Shown here in pieces: positions 14,075 through 29,200 of a stretch of DNA of 64,000 bases (the first letter of the stretch is position 1; each line of letters begins with the position of its first letter). The position numbers and the translations under genes were made by a program. Origin of the DNA: Octopus sinensis (taxonomy: Eukaryota). Location of the stretch: contig NC_042998.1 of assembly GCF_006345805.1 (NCBI RefSeq), positions 204,848,001 to 204,912,000 of the forward strand. Reading direction: 5' to 3'. The notes beneath the pieces are model-generated. The model had not been told where the DNA came from, ran no database searches, and saw nothing but the letters and a program-made list of their open reading frames with translations.

Positions 14075-15170
14075 AGTCACTTTAAATAAAACCCTCGATT
14101 CAATAACACTGTGTACAAACTCTATACTTGGAAAGACTAATTTTAAATACTATTGGAACTTTCTCACAAGGTATTGGAATCTTATATATATACCATTCTT
14201 ATTTCTTTACTGCCCACAAGGGGCTAAATATAGTGGGGACAAACAAGGACAGACAAAAGGATAAAGTCGATTAATTTGACCCCAGTGCGTAACTGGTACT
14301 TAATTTATTGACCCCAAAAGAATGAATGGCAAAGTTGACCTCAGTGAAATTTGAACTCAGAATGTAACGGCAGACAAAATACTGCAAAGCATTTCGCCCG
14401 GCACACTAACATTTCTGCCAACTTGCCGCCATGATGTATACCATTCACCTAAATAATGGAACTGAAGATACAATGTCCCTGCATATCTCACGTCTATTTT
14501 CATTCCTCCACTTCACTCTCCATTTCGTATCTTATCTAGAATAACTATTGCTTAACCAGTTTCTCATACCATCTCCGATGAAGGGATATAATTAATAAAT
14601 ATCCCGGAAACAGCTGTAAGACCTTCTCTTTACAAATGTTCTGAAATCTTTCACAGCCTTGGATTTTTATCTCATCCTGTTAATTTATATATATATATAC
14701 ATGTGTGTGTGCATATATATATATATATACATGCATATATGTATATATACATATATATACACACACATACGTACATATACATATATATACACACACATAC
14801 GTACATATATGTATATATACATATATATATATACACATACATACATATATGTATATATACATATATATATATACACATACATACATATATGTATATATAC
14901 ATATATATATATACACATACATACATATATGTATATATACATATACACATACATACATATATGTATATATACATATATATATATACACATACATACATAT
15001 ATGTATATATACATATATATATATACACATACATACATATATATTATGTATATATACATATATATATACACATACATACATATATGTATATATACATATA
15101 TATATACACATACAACATATATATATGTATATACATATATACACATACATATATATATATATACACATAC

Positions 15171-15203
<33 letters not shown>

Positions 15204-15257
15204 CACATATATATATATATATACACATATATATATATATATACATATATAATATAT

Positions 15258-15299
<42 letters not shown>

Positions 15300-15306
15300 C
15301 ACATAC

Positions 15307-15337
<31 letters not shown>

Positions 15338-15344
15338 TATATAT

Positions 15345-15399
<55 letters not shown>

Positions 15400-15647
15400 C
15401 ATACATATATATATGTATTATACATATATATATATACACATACATATATATATATATGTATATATACATATATATATACACATACATACATATATATATA
15501 TATACATATATATATATACACATACATACATATATATATACACATACATACATATATATATATATACACACATACATACATATATATATATATGTATATA
15601 TACATATATATATACACACATACATACATATATATATGTATATATAC

Positions 15648-15678
<31 letters not shown>

Positions 15679-17721
15679 CATACATACATATACATACATA
15701 CATATATATACATACACATATATACATGTATGTAAACACACACATGGGTGTGATGGGTAAACTGTTGCCATGTCTTATTTTTAATTTCACGCATGCACAT
15801 TGTTTTTGATTTTGTCAACTACACAGTATCGTAGGGTCAGTCAGGCATTGTCTGTGAGAAAAACAGTACCATGATGGCATTCACTCTGCCAGAAATTTGG
15901 AAACACCATGCTGAACTGCTTGACATTCATGCCAGAAGCTCCAATACAAACATTTCAGAGTGTTTGGGTGCTAATCTTACGACATGGACTGAGAGTGATA
16001 AAAATCAAATATCCAGACAACATCATGGTTTTTGGAGTGACCACTAGTGATGGTGACATTCATCTTCCCACACAGCCTCACACTCAATATGGAGGCCTAC
16101 ATTAAGTGCCTGGAGGAGGTAGTGCTGCCCTGGGTGAAGAAGGTGGCTGCTTGAAGACCCTATGTCTGGCAACAGGAGAACCCAGTCATGGCTGTCAGAC
16201 AATTTCTGCGACCACATCACACCTAACATCTGACCATCTAACTCCCCAGACTGCAACCCCCTTGATTATTATTATTATGTGTGGGATGCAGTTGAGCGAG
16301 AGACCAACAAAACTCCTTGGTAACACCAAAGATGAACTGAAGCCAAGGATTATGGCAGCATTCACCAACTTAAACAAGGAGACTGTCCAGAAGAGTTGCA
16401 GGAGATTCCAAAGTCGTCTGGCAATTTTATTGAATAAATTTACTCTTTAGTATTTCAAGATATCTTTATGTAATTTTGATAAATATAGTTCTTAAAATGA
16501 GATGTCAGTGTTATTTTCATTTTTGCATAATTTAGACGACAGTTCATTCTTTCCTGACACTAACCAAAAAAAAAAATGACCAACATGTGATTTGAACTTA
16601 CTCTAATAAACTTTGCCATGGCATCATCATTGCTCATGCCAGAGATGGAACGGTGGGCTTCGGGAGTGTGGTCCCTAATAAATGCCAGGCCATACAGGTT
16701 CAGAATACGTTTACTGAAGTAGTACTCAGGCACAAAATAGTTGCGACCCATCATCTCCTTCTTGTAGCTGCCGTATTCCACTTGCAGAGCAAAAGCAGCC
16801 AGTGACAGTGCACGGTTCTCGTCACACTCAAACCGTTCTTCGAGGATGTCTTGGCGGAGCTGAAGATACAACAGTTGTTGGTAATTGCTGAAAATAAGAA
16901 TGGATTCATTTGAGATATTATGGTTGTTATCGATGATGACAATGATGATGATGATAGTTACAGGTGGAAACACTAACATTTGTAACGGATTAATGATACA
17001 GGATTATGTGTGCGTATGTGTGTGTGTGTGTGTATCTACCTATGATACTAATATACGGCTGGCGCCACTTATAAAGAACCCATACTGGTGCCACATGAAA
17101 AGCAACAAGCACACTCTGTGGAGTGGTTGTCATTAGGAAGGGCATCCAGCCATAGAAACCATACCAAAACAGGCTATGGAACCTGGTGTGGCTCTCCAAC
17201 CTTGCCATCTGCTGTTAAACCGTCCAGTCCATGCCAGCATGGAAAACGGACATTAAACAATACTCTTACTCTTTCACTTGTTTCAGTCATTTGACTGCGG
17301 CCATGCTGGAGCACCGCCTTTAATCGAGCAACTCGACCCCGGGACTTATTCTTTTGTAAGCCCAGCACTCATTCTATTGGTCTCTTTTGCCGAACTGCTA
17401 AGTAACGGGGACATAAACACACCAGCATCGATTGTCAAGCAATGCTAGGGGGACAAACACACACACACAAACAAACACACATATATATATATACAACAGG
17501 CTTCTTTCAGTTTCCGTCTACCAAATCCACTCACAAGGCTTTGGTCGGCCCGAGGCTATAGTAGAAGACACTTGCCCAAGGTGCCACGCAGTGGGACTGA
17601 ACCCGGAACCGTGTGGTTGGTAAACAAGCTACTTACCACACAGCCACTCCTGCGCCTATATGCGCCAATGATGATGATAACACAACTTATATATTCCTAT
17701 ATGGTATTTTATGACATTCAC

Positions 17722-17805
<84 letters not shown>

Positions 17806-20609
17806 CTGGATTACTTACGGGGTACTTAAAATGGAGCTACCGTAATACTTCAATCTGAAGAACAAGATAAAAGTTATGGCAACCGGCCCTTTTTTCCCCT
17901 CTCGCCAACCTTCTGGGGCTACTTTGTGCAGTTTGGTGTCGTTTTCCAAAAAGAAGTGTTCGCCATCTAAAAATTGCATAAAGAAAAAGAAAAAAAGCAT
18001 TAGATTTTGTTGTTGTTGAGTCCGAGATCATACCTAGCATCAGAGACATTCCAGCCATGACAATCTAATCATTACTGCAGACACAGTCTATCTATGACAT
18101 CTAATGTGTCCTTTTTTCAAGGCAATGGATGGACGTGTGTATAAAATTTATATCAAACTAATGAGGAAGCCCATACACGGTCCCACAATCTGCTAGAAAT
18201 AACAACCAAATCCCCCTCAAATTACACCCTAATGGCTTAAGAAAAGGCAAGAGACACTGAACGATGTAATACTAGATATGTTATTCCTGAAACCAAGGGT
18301 GGTCACAACTGGAAAGCCTTTAACCTAAAACTAACCAACTAAAACTTCCATTAATTCCAAACACATTATACCATTTCTTTAACACCTTGTATCCCACCCT
18401 CACAACCCTAAATATAATTCTACACAATAGGAACACCTCACCCACTTCCAATGTAGGTGTTGGTGCCATGTAAAAAGCACCCAGTGCACCCTGTAAAGTG
18501 GTTGCTATTAGTAAGGGCATCCACCCGTAAAAACTATGCCAAATCAGACAACTGGAACCTGGTGCAGCCCTCCACCCTTGCCAGCTCCTCTCAAACTGTC
18601 CAACCCATGACAGCACATTAAATGATGATGATGATTTCTTTGAGAGACATAAGACCTAATATATTAAGAAGGGTGACTGTAGTCAAACATAATGACACCA
18701 GCATATAACTGGTACCTCAAGCAGATTCCAACTCTGCCTCTATAGGGACATAAAACTCTATTAACCCTTTGGAAAGTTACCACAAAAGACAAACGGGTAT
18801 ATTAGATGTACCCCAATTTCCATAGTGCATATTCAAAAAGACAAAGATTTTAGTCCATTAAGGCATTTAATATTGGTCAAACTTCACATAGAGGATCTGG
18901 GGGTGGTTTTTGGCACAAAAGTGCATCTTTGATGCCATCAAATGTGGTGGCTGAAACATTAAATGAACTTTTAGTGTGATTTGATCTCATGATGTGTAGA
19001 TCCAAAATCTTTTATTATTTTTTTCCATGAAAATTATTAATCAAAGTCCTCATAATATCACAACTTCATCATAGCCCTTAATTAGAATAAATCAGGCAAA
19101 AATAACCAGAAGAAATCTTACCATGGATATATGTAAGTCCAAAGAATTGGTGGATTTCATCAAGGCCCATGTGTGACGTCAAAGCCATGAAAATCTGTTT
19201 TCCTGTCATCGAGGGGTCACACATGGCCTCCAACTTCTGCCCGTTCAGCAACACTATTATCACACGTCGAGCATGGGATGGGTTTTTCACGCTCTGAAAT
19301 AAAAACAAATATTTCATTTAATGACTTTCCCACCATCGTGAGAGATTAATATGAGATTCCATTGTATTATCTTCTCAAATTTTTTCCTTAGTTCACTGCT
19401 GCTCCCCCACCAAGTCCTTTCTTACTTATTTCTTTACTGCCCACAAGGGGCCACACACAGAGGGAACAAATAAGGACAGACAAACGGATTAAGTCGATTA
19501 CATTGACCCCAGTGCATAACTGGTACTTATTTAATTGACCCCGAAAGGATGAAAGGCAAAGTCGACCTCGGCGGAATTTGAACTCAGAACGTAGCGGCAG
19601 ACGAAATACCACTAAGCATTTCGCCCGGCCTGCTAACGATTCTGCCAGCTCGCCGCCTTCCTCTCTTTCTCTCTCCCTCTTCCTCACACTGTCACTCAGG
19701 CCTGGTACTCAGTCAGCTGTGACAATAAGGGTTCCGGTTGATGCGATCAATGGAACAGCCTGCTCATGCAATTAACACGCAAGTGGCTGAGTACTCCACA
19801 GACATGCTGCATACCCTTCACGTAGTTCTCAGGGAGATTCAGCATGACACAGAATGGGACAAGGCTGGCCCCTTGTGAATTACTGGTACAACTCATTTTT
19901 GCCAGTTGAGTGGACTGGAGTAGAAGTGGAAAAAATGTCTTGCTCAGGGACACAATGCAATGATGGGAATTGAACTCATGACCTTACAATCATGAGTCGA
20001 ATCCCCAAACCATGCATACCTGCCACTCGGGTACATGTTTAATACCCTAAATTGCAACACTTATATTACAAGAGTATCATCTTCAGTAAAAATGTAGGAA
20101 CCACATCCACTTATCTTCTCTAATCTGTTCTTTATTAACATCAATCTGATAATCCCCTCTAATCCTTTGACCATTCTTTATAAAGCAATCTCTTTCTATT
20201 CTCTTTCAGAATTATCTCAGATTTATTTGAGTCAAGAGAAGCAAAGACCAAATAACAGAAGTTATTAAGAGGTTTGGTAACTTATCAGTTAGGTGAACAA
20301 CAGTTCTATCTTTGACCCTAAAGATTGAATGCAACACCCCTTGGTTACTTAATGGGAGAAAAAGAGAAAAAAAAGTAAATGGAGATAAATGAAAATACAA
20401 ATACACACAAACAAAACATAGACATGAACATAGAGCCACATGCACACACACACACACACCTGCTTACATACATACATGCATACAGCAAGGTGTGTAGGAA
20501 AGGTGAATTGAAAAGACAGTTTCTGCTGACATAATTCAACACAACCATTGCAACACACAGGTACACAACAGTGTTTGAGAAAAAAACAACCATTTTATGT
20601 TGCAGCTTA

Positions 20610-20645
<36 letters not shown>

Positions 20646-23600
20646 TTAAAGACAATGAAAGTAATTGCTTACCTCTCCAACGAGTGGAGTATTCAATCTG
20701 ATTAATGGTTTCCGTCCTCGACAAATAAATTCTGGACCATTAGATTCCTAAAACATAGCAAAATAAAAAAAAATAAAATAAAATCATAAAAATTGATTAA
20801 TTGTCTAATTTAGAAATTGATGACTTCACAGAATTGCCATTTAAGCAGACTCTGTAAAGGGAGAAAGAGCCATTAGATAATGCAATCTGGGTGGTCATGG
20901 CCAAAATGTCTTTGATCATAGGTTTACTCATCTGGAATGACTCAGTGTTAAACAACAACACAAACACTGCAGGAATATAAACTGTGCCCAGAAAGTTTAG
21001 TCTAATTTCAGGAAAGATCATTCACTGACCCCTATTAAGGTTTGCCCCCAAATATGTCACAATGGAGGGGAACAATTACAGATGATGAAAGGGATCTCAA
21101 AGACAGAACAATTTTAATTAATTCACAAATCATAATTAGTTAAAACCATAAAGTTACTCATTTTTTTTCTTTTTTTACATTTTGAGTGTTTTAATAAAAA
21201 TATTTAATTAAGTTTTAATTATAATTAACTGAAATTATAAAGCTGCTGGTATTTTGTACATTTTGATTGAGCTCATTTAACATTTGCTTTCCATGCTGGC
21301 ATGGGTTGGACAAAATATTTAATGATAAAAATTGAATTTGATCCTTTGATATTCTGCTGTCGGTTGATTACTAGTTTCTACCGAAATCCAGTCAAAAACT
21401 TGGAAGGAAGGTGAGTTTGTAGGAGAGGAAGGAATAACGAGTTCAAATCTTGGCACACGAGACCAGCAATTTCAGTGGAAAACCCAGGGCTCAACTGGTA
21501 CTGACTTTTATTGATCCCGAAAGGGTGAAAGGCAAAGTTGACTTTGCAGACAACAAAATACCACCAGGCATTTTGCCCATCACGCTACCTTTAATAATAA
21601 TAATAATAATAGTTGTCGTTGTCATCGTCGTCATCATCATTTAACGTCCATTTTCCATGTTAGCACGGGTTGGACAGTTCGACCGGGATCTGGGAAACCA
21701 GGCTCCAGTCTGATCTGGCAGTGTTTCTACAGCTGGATGCCCTTCCTAACGCCAACCACTCCAAGAGTGTAGTGGGTGCTTTTTACGTGCCGCCAGTACA
21801 GGGGCCAGAGGAGGCTGGAAACGGCCACGGGCAGTTGATACCTTTTACATGCCACCGGCACGGAAGCCAGTCAAGGCGGTGCTGGCATTGGCCATGTTCG
21901 GATGGCGCTTTTAACATGCCACTGGCACAGGTATCACAACTACAATTTCCATTTGATTTTTTGATGTTGATGTACTTGACTCAATAGGTCACCTCAAGCA
22001 CAGAGTGCGTATATATCATCATCATCATCATTTAATAATCATCATCATCATTTAACGTCCGTTTTCCATGCTGGCATGGGTTGGACGGTTCAACTGGGGT
22101 CTGGGAAGCCAGAAGGCTGCACCAGGCCCTGTCTGATCTGGCAGTGTTTCTACGGCTGGATGCCCTTCCTAATGGGTTCAAATGTCGGTCCATGACCAGG
22201 AATTTCAAGGGATGGGCTAAGTGGATTAAATCATCCCCAATGTATGACTGGTATTTATTTTATCAACCCTGAAAGAATGAAAAACAAAATCAATCTGAGC
22301 AGAATTTGAACTCAGAACACTGGGGACAGACAAAATTCTGTTAAGTATTTCCCCCAGCATCCTGAGGATTCTGCCGGCTTTCCACCTTAGGGGATAAGGG
22401 AATACTACCCAAAGCCTTTATGAGCAAACTCTGGTGAGTTTATGGAGGAAATCTCATGAAAAGGTAACAAGATAGCAGAAAGGGTACTTGGGGGGGGGGG
22501 AGTGAATTAAAAACGGTTTCAATTTTTCACACAAGGTCAGTAATTTTGAGAGAGAGGGGTCAGTCAATTATATCAACCTCAGTACTTGACTGGTACTTTA
22601 TTTGACTGACCCTGAAAGAATGACAGGTAAAGTCAACCTAAGCAGCATTTGAACTCAGAGCTTCGTCGCAACCTCATTTTTTTCTCCTTCACAGTTGTCT
22701 CCCATGACACATTACTCTCCCTTCTGTTGCATTTGTGTCTCTCATGAAATTATATTTATCATATACATGTTATATATGTAATACCACAGTATTGAGCAGA
22801 CTATATAAAACACAGTTACACATCATTGGTTACAATGCACTTCCGAGTTCGATTCCAGGCAGTAACCTGAATCATCATCATTTAGCGTCCGCTTTCCATG
22901 CTAGCATGGGTTGGACAGTTCAACTGGGGTCTGTGAAGCCAGAAGGCTTCATCAGGCCCAGTCTGATCTGGCAGTGTTTCTACGGCTGGATGCCCTTCCT
23001 AACGCCAACCACTCCGTGAGTGTAGTGGGTGCTTTTTACGTGCCACCCGCACAGGTGCCAGACGCGACTGGCAAACGGCCACGAAACGGATGGTGCTTTT
23101 TATGTGCCACCGGCACGGGGGCCAGGCGAGGCTCGAAAAAACCTTAGGAATGAGAACCCAAGTGGGAAATTTCCTCAAGACACCTGATGAAGGCTGGAGG
23201 GTATATCAGCCAAAACAACAAACAAGATGAGGACAAATATCCGTCGAATGTAATTAAGGTAAATAATGTAAATAATGTACATAATTCCTCATCTCTTAAA
23301 TACAGAAATGCACTGCATTGTTTTAGCTTCCAAATGATGCCCCCCCCCCTGCTGGCTAGCCAAGTGGGCCTACTTTATCCCTGATTAGAAAGCTAGATTG
23401 TTGCAGGGTGACCCCTTATTTACAGCTGAGTGGACTGCAGCAATGTGAAATGAAGTGTTTTGCTCAAGGGCACAATACACTGCCCAGTCCAAGAATCGAA
23501 CCCATGCTCTAGTGATTGTGAGTGCAATACCCTAACAGCTAGGCCATGTGACTTCACATTCATCATCATCATCATCATCATCATTTAGCATCTGTTTTCC

Positions 23601-25794
23601 CTGCTGGCATGGGTTGGACGGTTTAACTGGAACTGCTAAGCCAGAGAGCTGTACCAAGCTCCAGTCTGATTTTGGCTTGGTTTCTCAGTGCCCTTCCTAA
23701 TGCCAACCACTCCACAGAATGTATCAGGTACCTCTTACGTGTCATCAGCACAGGTGCCCGTATCATATATAATGTTATATCTATTGCATCATCATCATCA
23801 TCATCATCATCACGCATCTGTTTTCCCTGCTGGCATGGGTTGGACGGTTGGACAGGAACTGGCAAGGCCAAGAACCATACCAGGCTCCACTTGTCTGTTT
23901 TGGTATGGTTTCTAACGTTGGATGCCCTTCCTAATGTGCCAACCACTCTTCAGCGTGTGCTGGGTGCATTTTACATGGAACTGGCACAAGTGTCTTTTAC
24001 TTGGTTCCAGCATGAAACTAACGCAACGTCACGATCATTCAACATCTGTGTCCCATGCTAGCATCGGTCGGACGGTTGGACAGGATCCAAGAAGCCCATG
24101 GACTGCATTGTGCTCCTGTGTCTGGTTTGTGTCCTAGGTGCTTTTCTGGGGCCACCGACACAAGTGATTATGAACCCTCATAGAGGGACAGCTTTATGCT
24201 CGAGGACAGAGTGTGAGAAGAGGCAGAAAGCAGGTTCTTGTTGCAGAGGAGCCACAGGGCTACTTGCATTGAAGGAAGAGAGTGAGAATGCTCTGAAGGA
24301 GCTGCAAAGAAGAAATAGATGTGCAGAGAGGAGACGAGGGGCCCAGGTGGCTCCTGAAGGTAGGAGGTGAGTGGGGGAGAGAGGAACTAGGAGTATGGGT
24401 GGGTTTGAGGGTCTGCAGTGTATGTGTATATGTGGTGGTGGTGGGGGAGATGGAGAAATTGGAGAGGGGGGAAAAGGTAGAGACCACAACTGAAAAGATA
24501 GGGTTGAAGGAAAGATGTGAGAACTGGGGGTGGTGGGGGTGACCCTTGATGCAAATTCTAATGAAAAGACTTCTGAATAAAACAAACACTTACTTTTGTG
24601 TTGAGGAAGGAATCATCTCCATGGGAGCTAAGAATGCTGCTGCTGGGGCTTCGAGGAATTTGGTTGTACAATGAAGTACCAAGGGTATGTTCAGCCATTG
24701 CTTTTATTGAGGGTGGGGCATAGGGCAGTGTTGGGTCAGTTTCTGATCTACAAAATATAACAGAAACGGTAAATACACTTCAAGAGGAATGGTATAGCAA
24801 AATATATTCCCAACATTTAATTACGAATGGCCACCATTATCATCATCATAATTTGGAGACCCACTTTTCCATGCTTGCATCGTTCAGAGGAAACTTGTTG
24901 GAAACAGGTTTTCTACAGCTGGATGCTCTTCCTGTCACCAACCTTCAACTGCTTCCAAGCAAGGTAGTATTTCTTGTTGTCCTCCAAAACAATGAACAGC
25001 TCCATGACCGGACATGTTTTTGTGGAAGATTATATAAACAGGACACTATTTGTATGAAGAGTGACTTGGGTCTTTCAAACATCAAAACAAAAGACAAATC
25101 ACACAAACTTTCCATCTAATAATTCACATGACATGGCATTGGTCATCCTATGGCCATAGTAGAAGACACCAGTTGACAGGGCCATGCTGTGACTATTCAT
25201 TTGATAAAATGAAAACTCGTTGGATTCCTTCACAGCTTACAACCAACTAAATATCCCCTGCTTAATTCAATAATAATAATAATAATAATCCTTTTAAATA
25301 AAGGCACACATCAAATGAAAGGGGGGATAAAATGGATTATGTGAACCCTAGTATTTTCCTGGTATGTTTTTATTGACCATATATGGATAAGAGATAAAGT
25401 TGTCTTTGGTCGGATTTAAAATCAGATTGTCAAGATGAAATTCCAAAACTGCACACTCTACCCCCTCCCACTCACCCTACCAATTCTGCCAATTTACCAA
25501 CCAGCATGGCAATTTCTCCACCATTCTAGCAATCCACTGCCCATTATAACCACCACTCAACTACTTTAGCCAGTCCACTCCCATTCTGATACCAATATTG
25601 ACCAATGTTTATTTTGTTGGACCTCACAAGACAAAGTTGGTCTCAATAGGATTTGTCAAAATAAAAAGCAAAATATTCTTTGCTCCTAAATGAGCTGATC
25701 AAAGTTTCCTTTCAAGTTCTTTGTAACAAAAGGAAACCACCAATTCTTTCTTGAAAACAAATCCAGCAGGTTTTAATCTAAAACTATACACTAG

Positions 25795-25836
<42 letters not shown>

Positions 25837-25990
25837 AACCATGTGCCCAAAGCCCAAAGATTGTTTGGAGATGCAAGGCACATTATAAAAACCTGCCTAA
25901 CCACGTCTCAACAGCAAGAATTTGTTAGGAATTCTTATTTTGATACAGAGGTTACATTAAATGATATGCTTTGATATCTCATTTTTCGTT

Positions 25991-26027
<37 letters not shown>

Positions 26028-26217
26028 ATCATCATCATCATCATCATCGTTTAATGTCCGTTCCCCATGCTTGCATGGGTTGGACGGTTCGATCAGGGAT
26101 CTGGGAAGCCAGAAGGCTGCACCAGGCTCCAGTCTTATCTGGCAATGTTTCTACAGCTAGATGTCCTTCCTAATGCCAACCACTCCGTGAGTGTAGTGGG
26201 TGCTTTTTACCACTACA

Positions 26218-26256
<39 letters not shown>

Positions 26257-29200
26257 TATATACATACATATACATACACACATGCACCAATTACATACAA
26301 TAAAACTATCCAGTAGTTATATAGCAACACAGAGAGGTGATAGCCATGGTTGGGCTACTAGACTAGTCGTTTAACATTGACTAAGACACCAGATATCCTA
26401 TATCTAGAACTGTAAACTGTTTCCAAACATTATATTGGTTCATTTTTACTCAAAGAGTTAACGTGGGTCATCTAACAAGAATAATTTCAAGAAAATTTAA
26501 CATGAACCTTTTTTTTTCTTTTGCAAGAACAAACAACATCATTTGCTAAAATCTTGCCAAAAGATTTTAATAAACTATTTTTAATGGTGGAACTTGAATT
26601 AGATAAAGCTATATAAATAATCGCATGCAAAATATTTGCTTAAAAAAACCTTTGGATAGGGAAAAAAATCAAGTGGTTTATGTTGGTCCCAAGCTGTTCA
26701 CTTCCTCCAGACAACCAAATTCTTTTGAATTGATATAAAATTGATGAAATTAATTGAACTTACCTCATGGAATTTGGCTCATGTTGGAAAAAAGACATCT
26801 CACTGCTAATAATGCTGTCCCGATCAGACCCACGAGGTCCAAGCTTAAAGGCCAGATCATTTCCATAGACACTGTTGAGATCTGGTAAATAAGTTCCTGA
26901 AATATAAAACCGTTTCAACTCAAATTTTTACCAAAATTTAGAGAATGAATAATTTGTGGCAGAACACCAAGAATCCTAACAATAATGAATCTATTTATTC
27001 GGAATTCATTTTGGTAAACAGGAACATGAATACTACCTCAAGACACCTTAATGATGTAACGAGTTCTTCGACAACTTCAAGACCATAAGATCACAAAGAT
27101 GTCTTGAGACGTGGAACTGCACAACCAGTCAGAAGCATTTGAGAAACTGTAGGATGACTAACCTTGCACGGCCGATATACCAGAAGTAACCGATCTTGTA
27201 TCGGAATAACTGTCAGACGTATCACTGGCCCAAAGACATCCTTCTTCAATGGGGTGGTGACGCACAGCCTGTAATTTGCGCTGTCGTTCTTTGAGTTGTA
27301 AATATTTGCCATATGCCGGAGTGTGAGCAAGATGGCTGGGAACCTCAGATACAGAACTAATTGATGGTGGATGTTTCGATGAAGTCAGACTGGTAGAATC
27401 AGTCGATGTGTCGGATCTGTAGAGAGATGTGGTGTTGATTGCTGGAGAAGTGGATGAAACTGGTAGGTTTAATGATGAGAGTTGGTCGTCAATTTTTTGT
27501 GGTGGTTGGACAGAGGCAGAAAAATTGCTGGCAATTTGAGAAATTCTGTCCACATTGGACGCAATATCAGATTCGATTTGTCCAACTATAATAAAGAGAA
27601 TTTCATTATTTAACATCAAGAAATTATAATTAACAAAGAGTATTCATTGTTTAGCACAGATGTCATGTGACTTCTCCATTACAGATTGTTAAATTTAAAT
27701 TTGAAACTTAACGAAATGCAAAACTTTGGTAATTGATTAGTATTTTTGTTAACGAAAGCAGAATTAGGATTAGGGTTATGAAATGATAACGAGTAGATGT
27801 AGGGCAAGATCGAGGGAAGAGAGGCTGGGTGGAGCTGGATGAAGTAGAATAAAGCTAGATTGAGTGAGGCTGGGTGGAGTGAGGTTGGGTTGAGTGAGGT
27901 TGGGTGGAGTGAGGCTGGGTGGAGTGAGGTTAGGTAGAGAGGCCTGGTGGAGGGAGGCTGGGTGGAGTGAGGCTGGGTGGGGTAAGGCTAGGTGGAGTGA
28001 AGTTGGGTGGAGTGAGGTTGGGGGGAGAGAGGCTGGGTGGAGTGAGGCTGGGGAGAGGGAGGCTGGGTGGAGGGAGGCTGGGTGGAGGGAGGCTGGGTTG
28101 AGTGAGGTTGGGTGGAGTGAGGTTGGGTGGAGTGAGGTTGTGTGGAGTGCGGCTGGGTGGAGTGAGGCTGGGTGGAGTGAGGCTGGGTGGAGTGAAGTTG
28201 GGTGGAGTGAGGTTGGGGAGAGAGAGGCTGGGTGGAGGGATGCTGGGTGGAGTGAGGCTGGGTGGAGTGAGGCTGGGTGGGGTAAGGCTAGGTGGAGTGA
28301 GGCTGGGTGGAGTCAGACTAGGCCAAGGAATAAGCCTACAGTATGAGCCTAGACAGTATCCTTTAATCCAGTGGTCTATTGCTTCAGCAAAGCCATTGCC
28401 CATATATGGACATCATCATCATCATCATCATTTAATGTCCAATTTCCATGCTGGCATGGGTTGGACAATTTGATAGGAACCAATGTACCATAGGACTGTG
28501 TCAGGTTTCATTGAAGTCTTCAGTTTGGGTTCTATGGCTGGACGCCCTTCCTGACACCAACCACTTTACAGAGAGTCCCAGGTGATTCTGTTAAGAATTC
28601 TTGCAACATTGAAACAAATAACAAACCAAATTCTAAATGGAACCAATACTTACCATTTCTACGTAATCTGGAACTTTGTCTGGCAGGAGACTGAGAGCGT
28701 GACCTGTCATGGTCTTTTTTCTGATAAGGATTTCGGCGCTTGTGTTTACGAGATGTCTTACGACTCTTTAAGGAACGCCTGTTGAGAGTACTTTGTCGAC
28801 TTTGGTCGCTGCTGCTGTTGTGGTAATAATCATAGTTCCAGTAGGACAACTGTGGAGACACAGTGAAGGAGATAGTGGTGGTTAGGGTTGAGGTTTCAAG
28901 CCACAGTGAGGTAGTCGACGGTTAGGATTATAGTAATGTCATACAATTTACATTATACTACAATATATATATATTCATACATTATGCAATAAATAGCTAT
29001 ACAATACATATTTATACATTTATACACTGTACATTATTACAATATATATTTTTCGTACTCATAATTACAATTAACAAAACTAACAGTAAACGAAGTGTAT
29101 TTTATTTAAACAAACTAATTAGAGATTGTACTCACTTCATTTTGACTGCCCATGACGGATTTGTTTAATCGTGCGACACATTGAGAAAAACTAGGGGCAC

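Noticed and set aside
14659-15818. Many long ORFs (up to 368 aa) of Y/I/H/T or Y/M/C/V
   Set aside because: Translation of a TA/CA microsatellite; no splice or homology support
20797-21021. 74-aa minus-strand ORF next to exon 10
   Set aside because: Overlaps a dispersed repeat and lacks compatible splice sites; the real exon is 20673-20747
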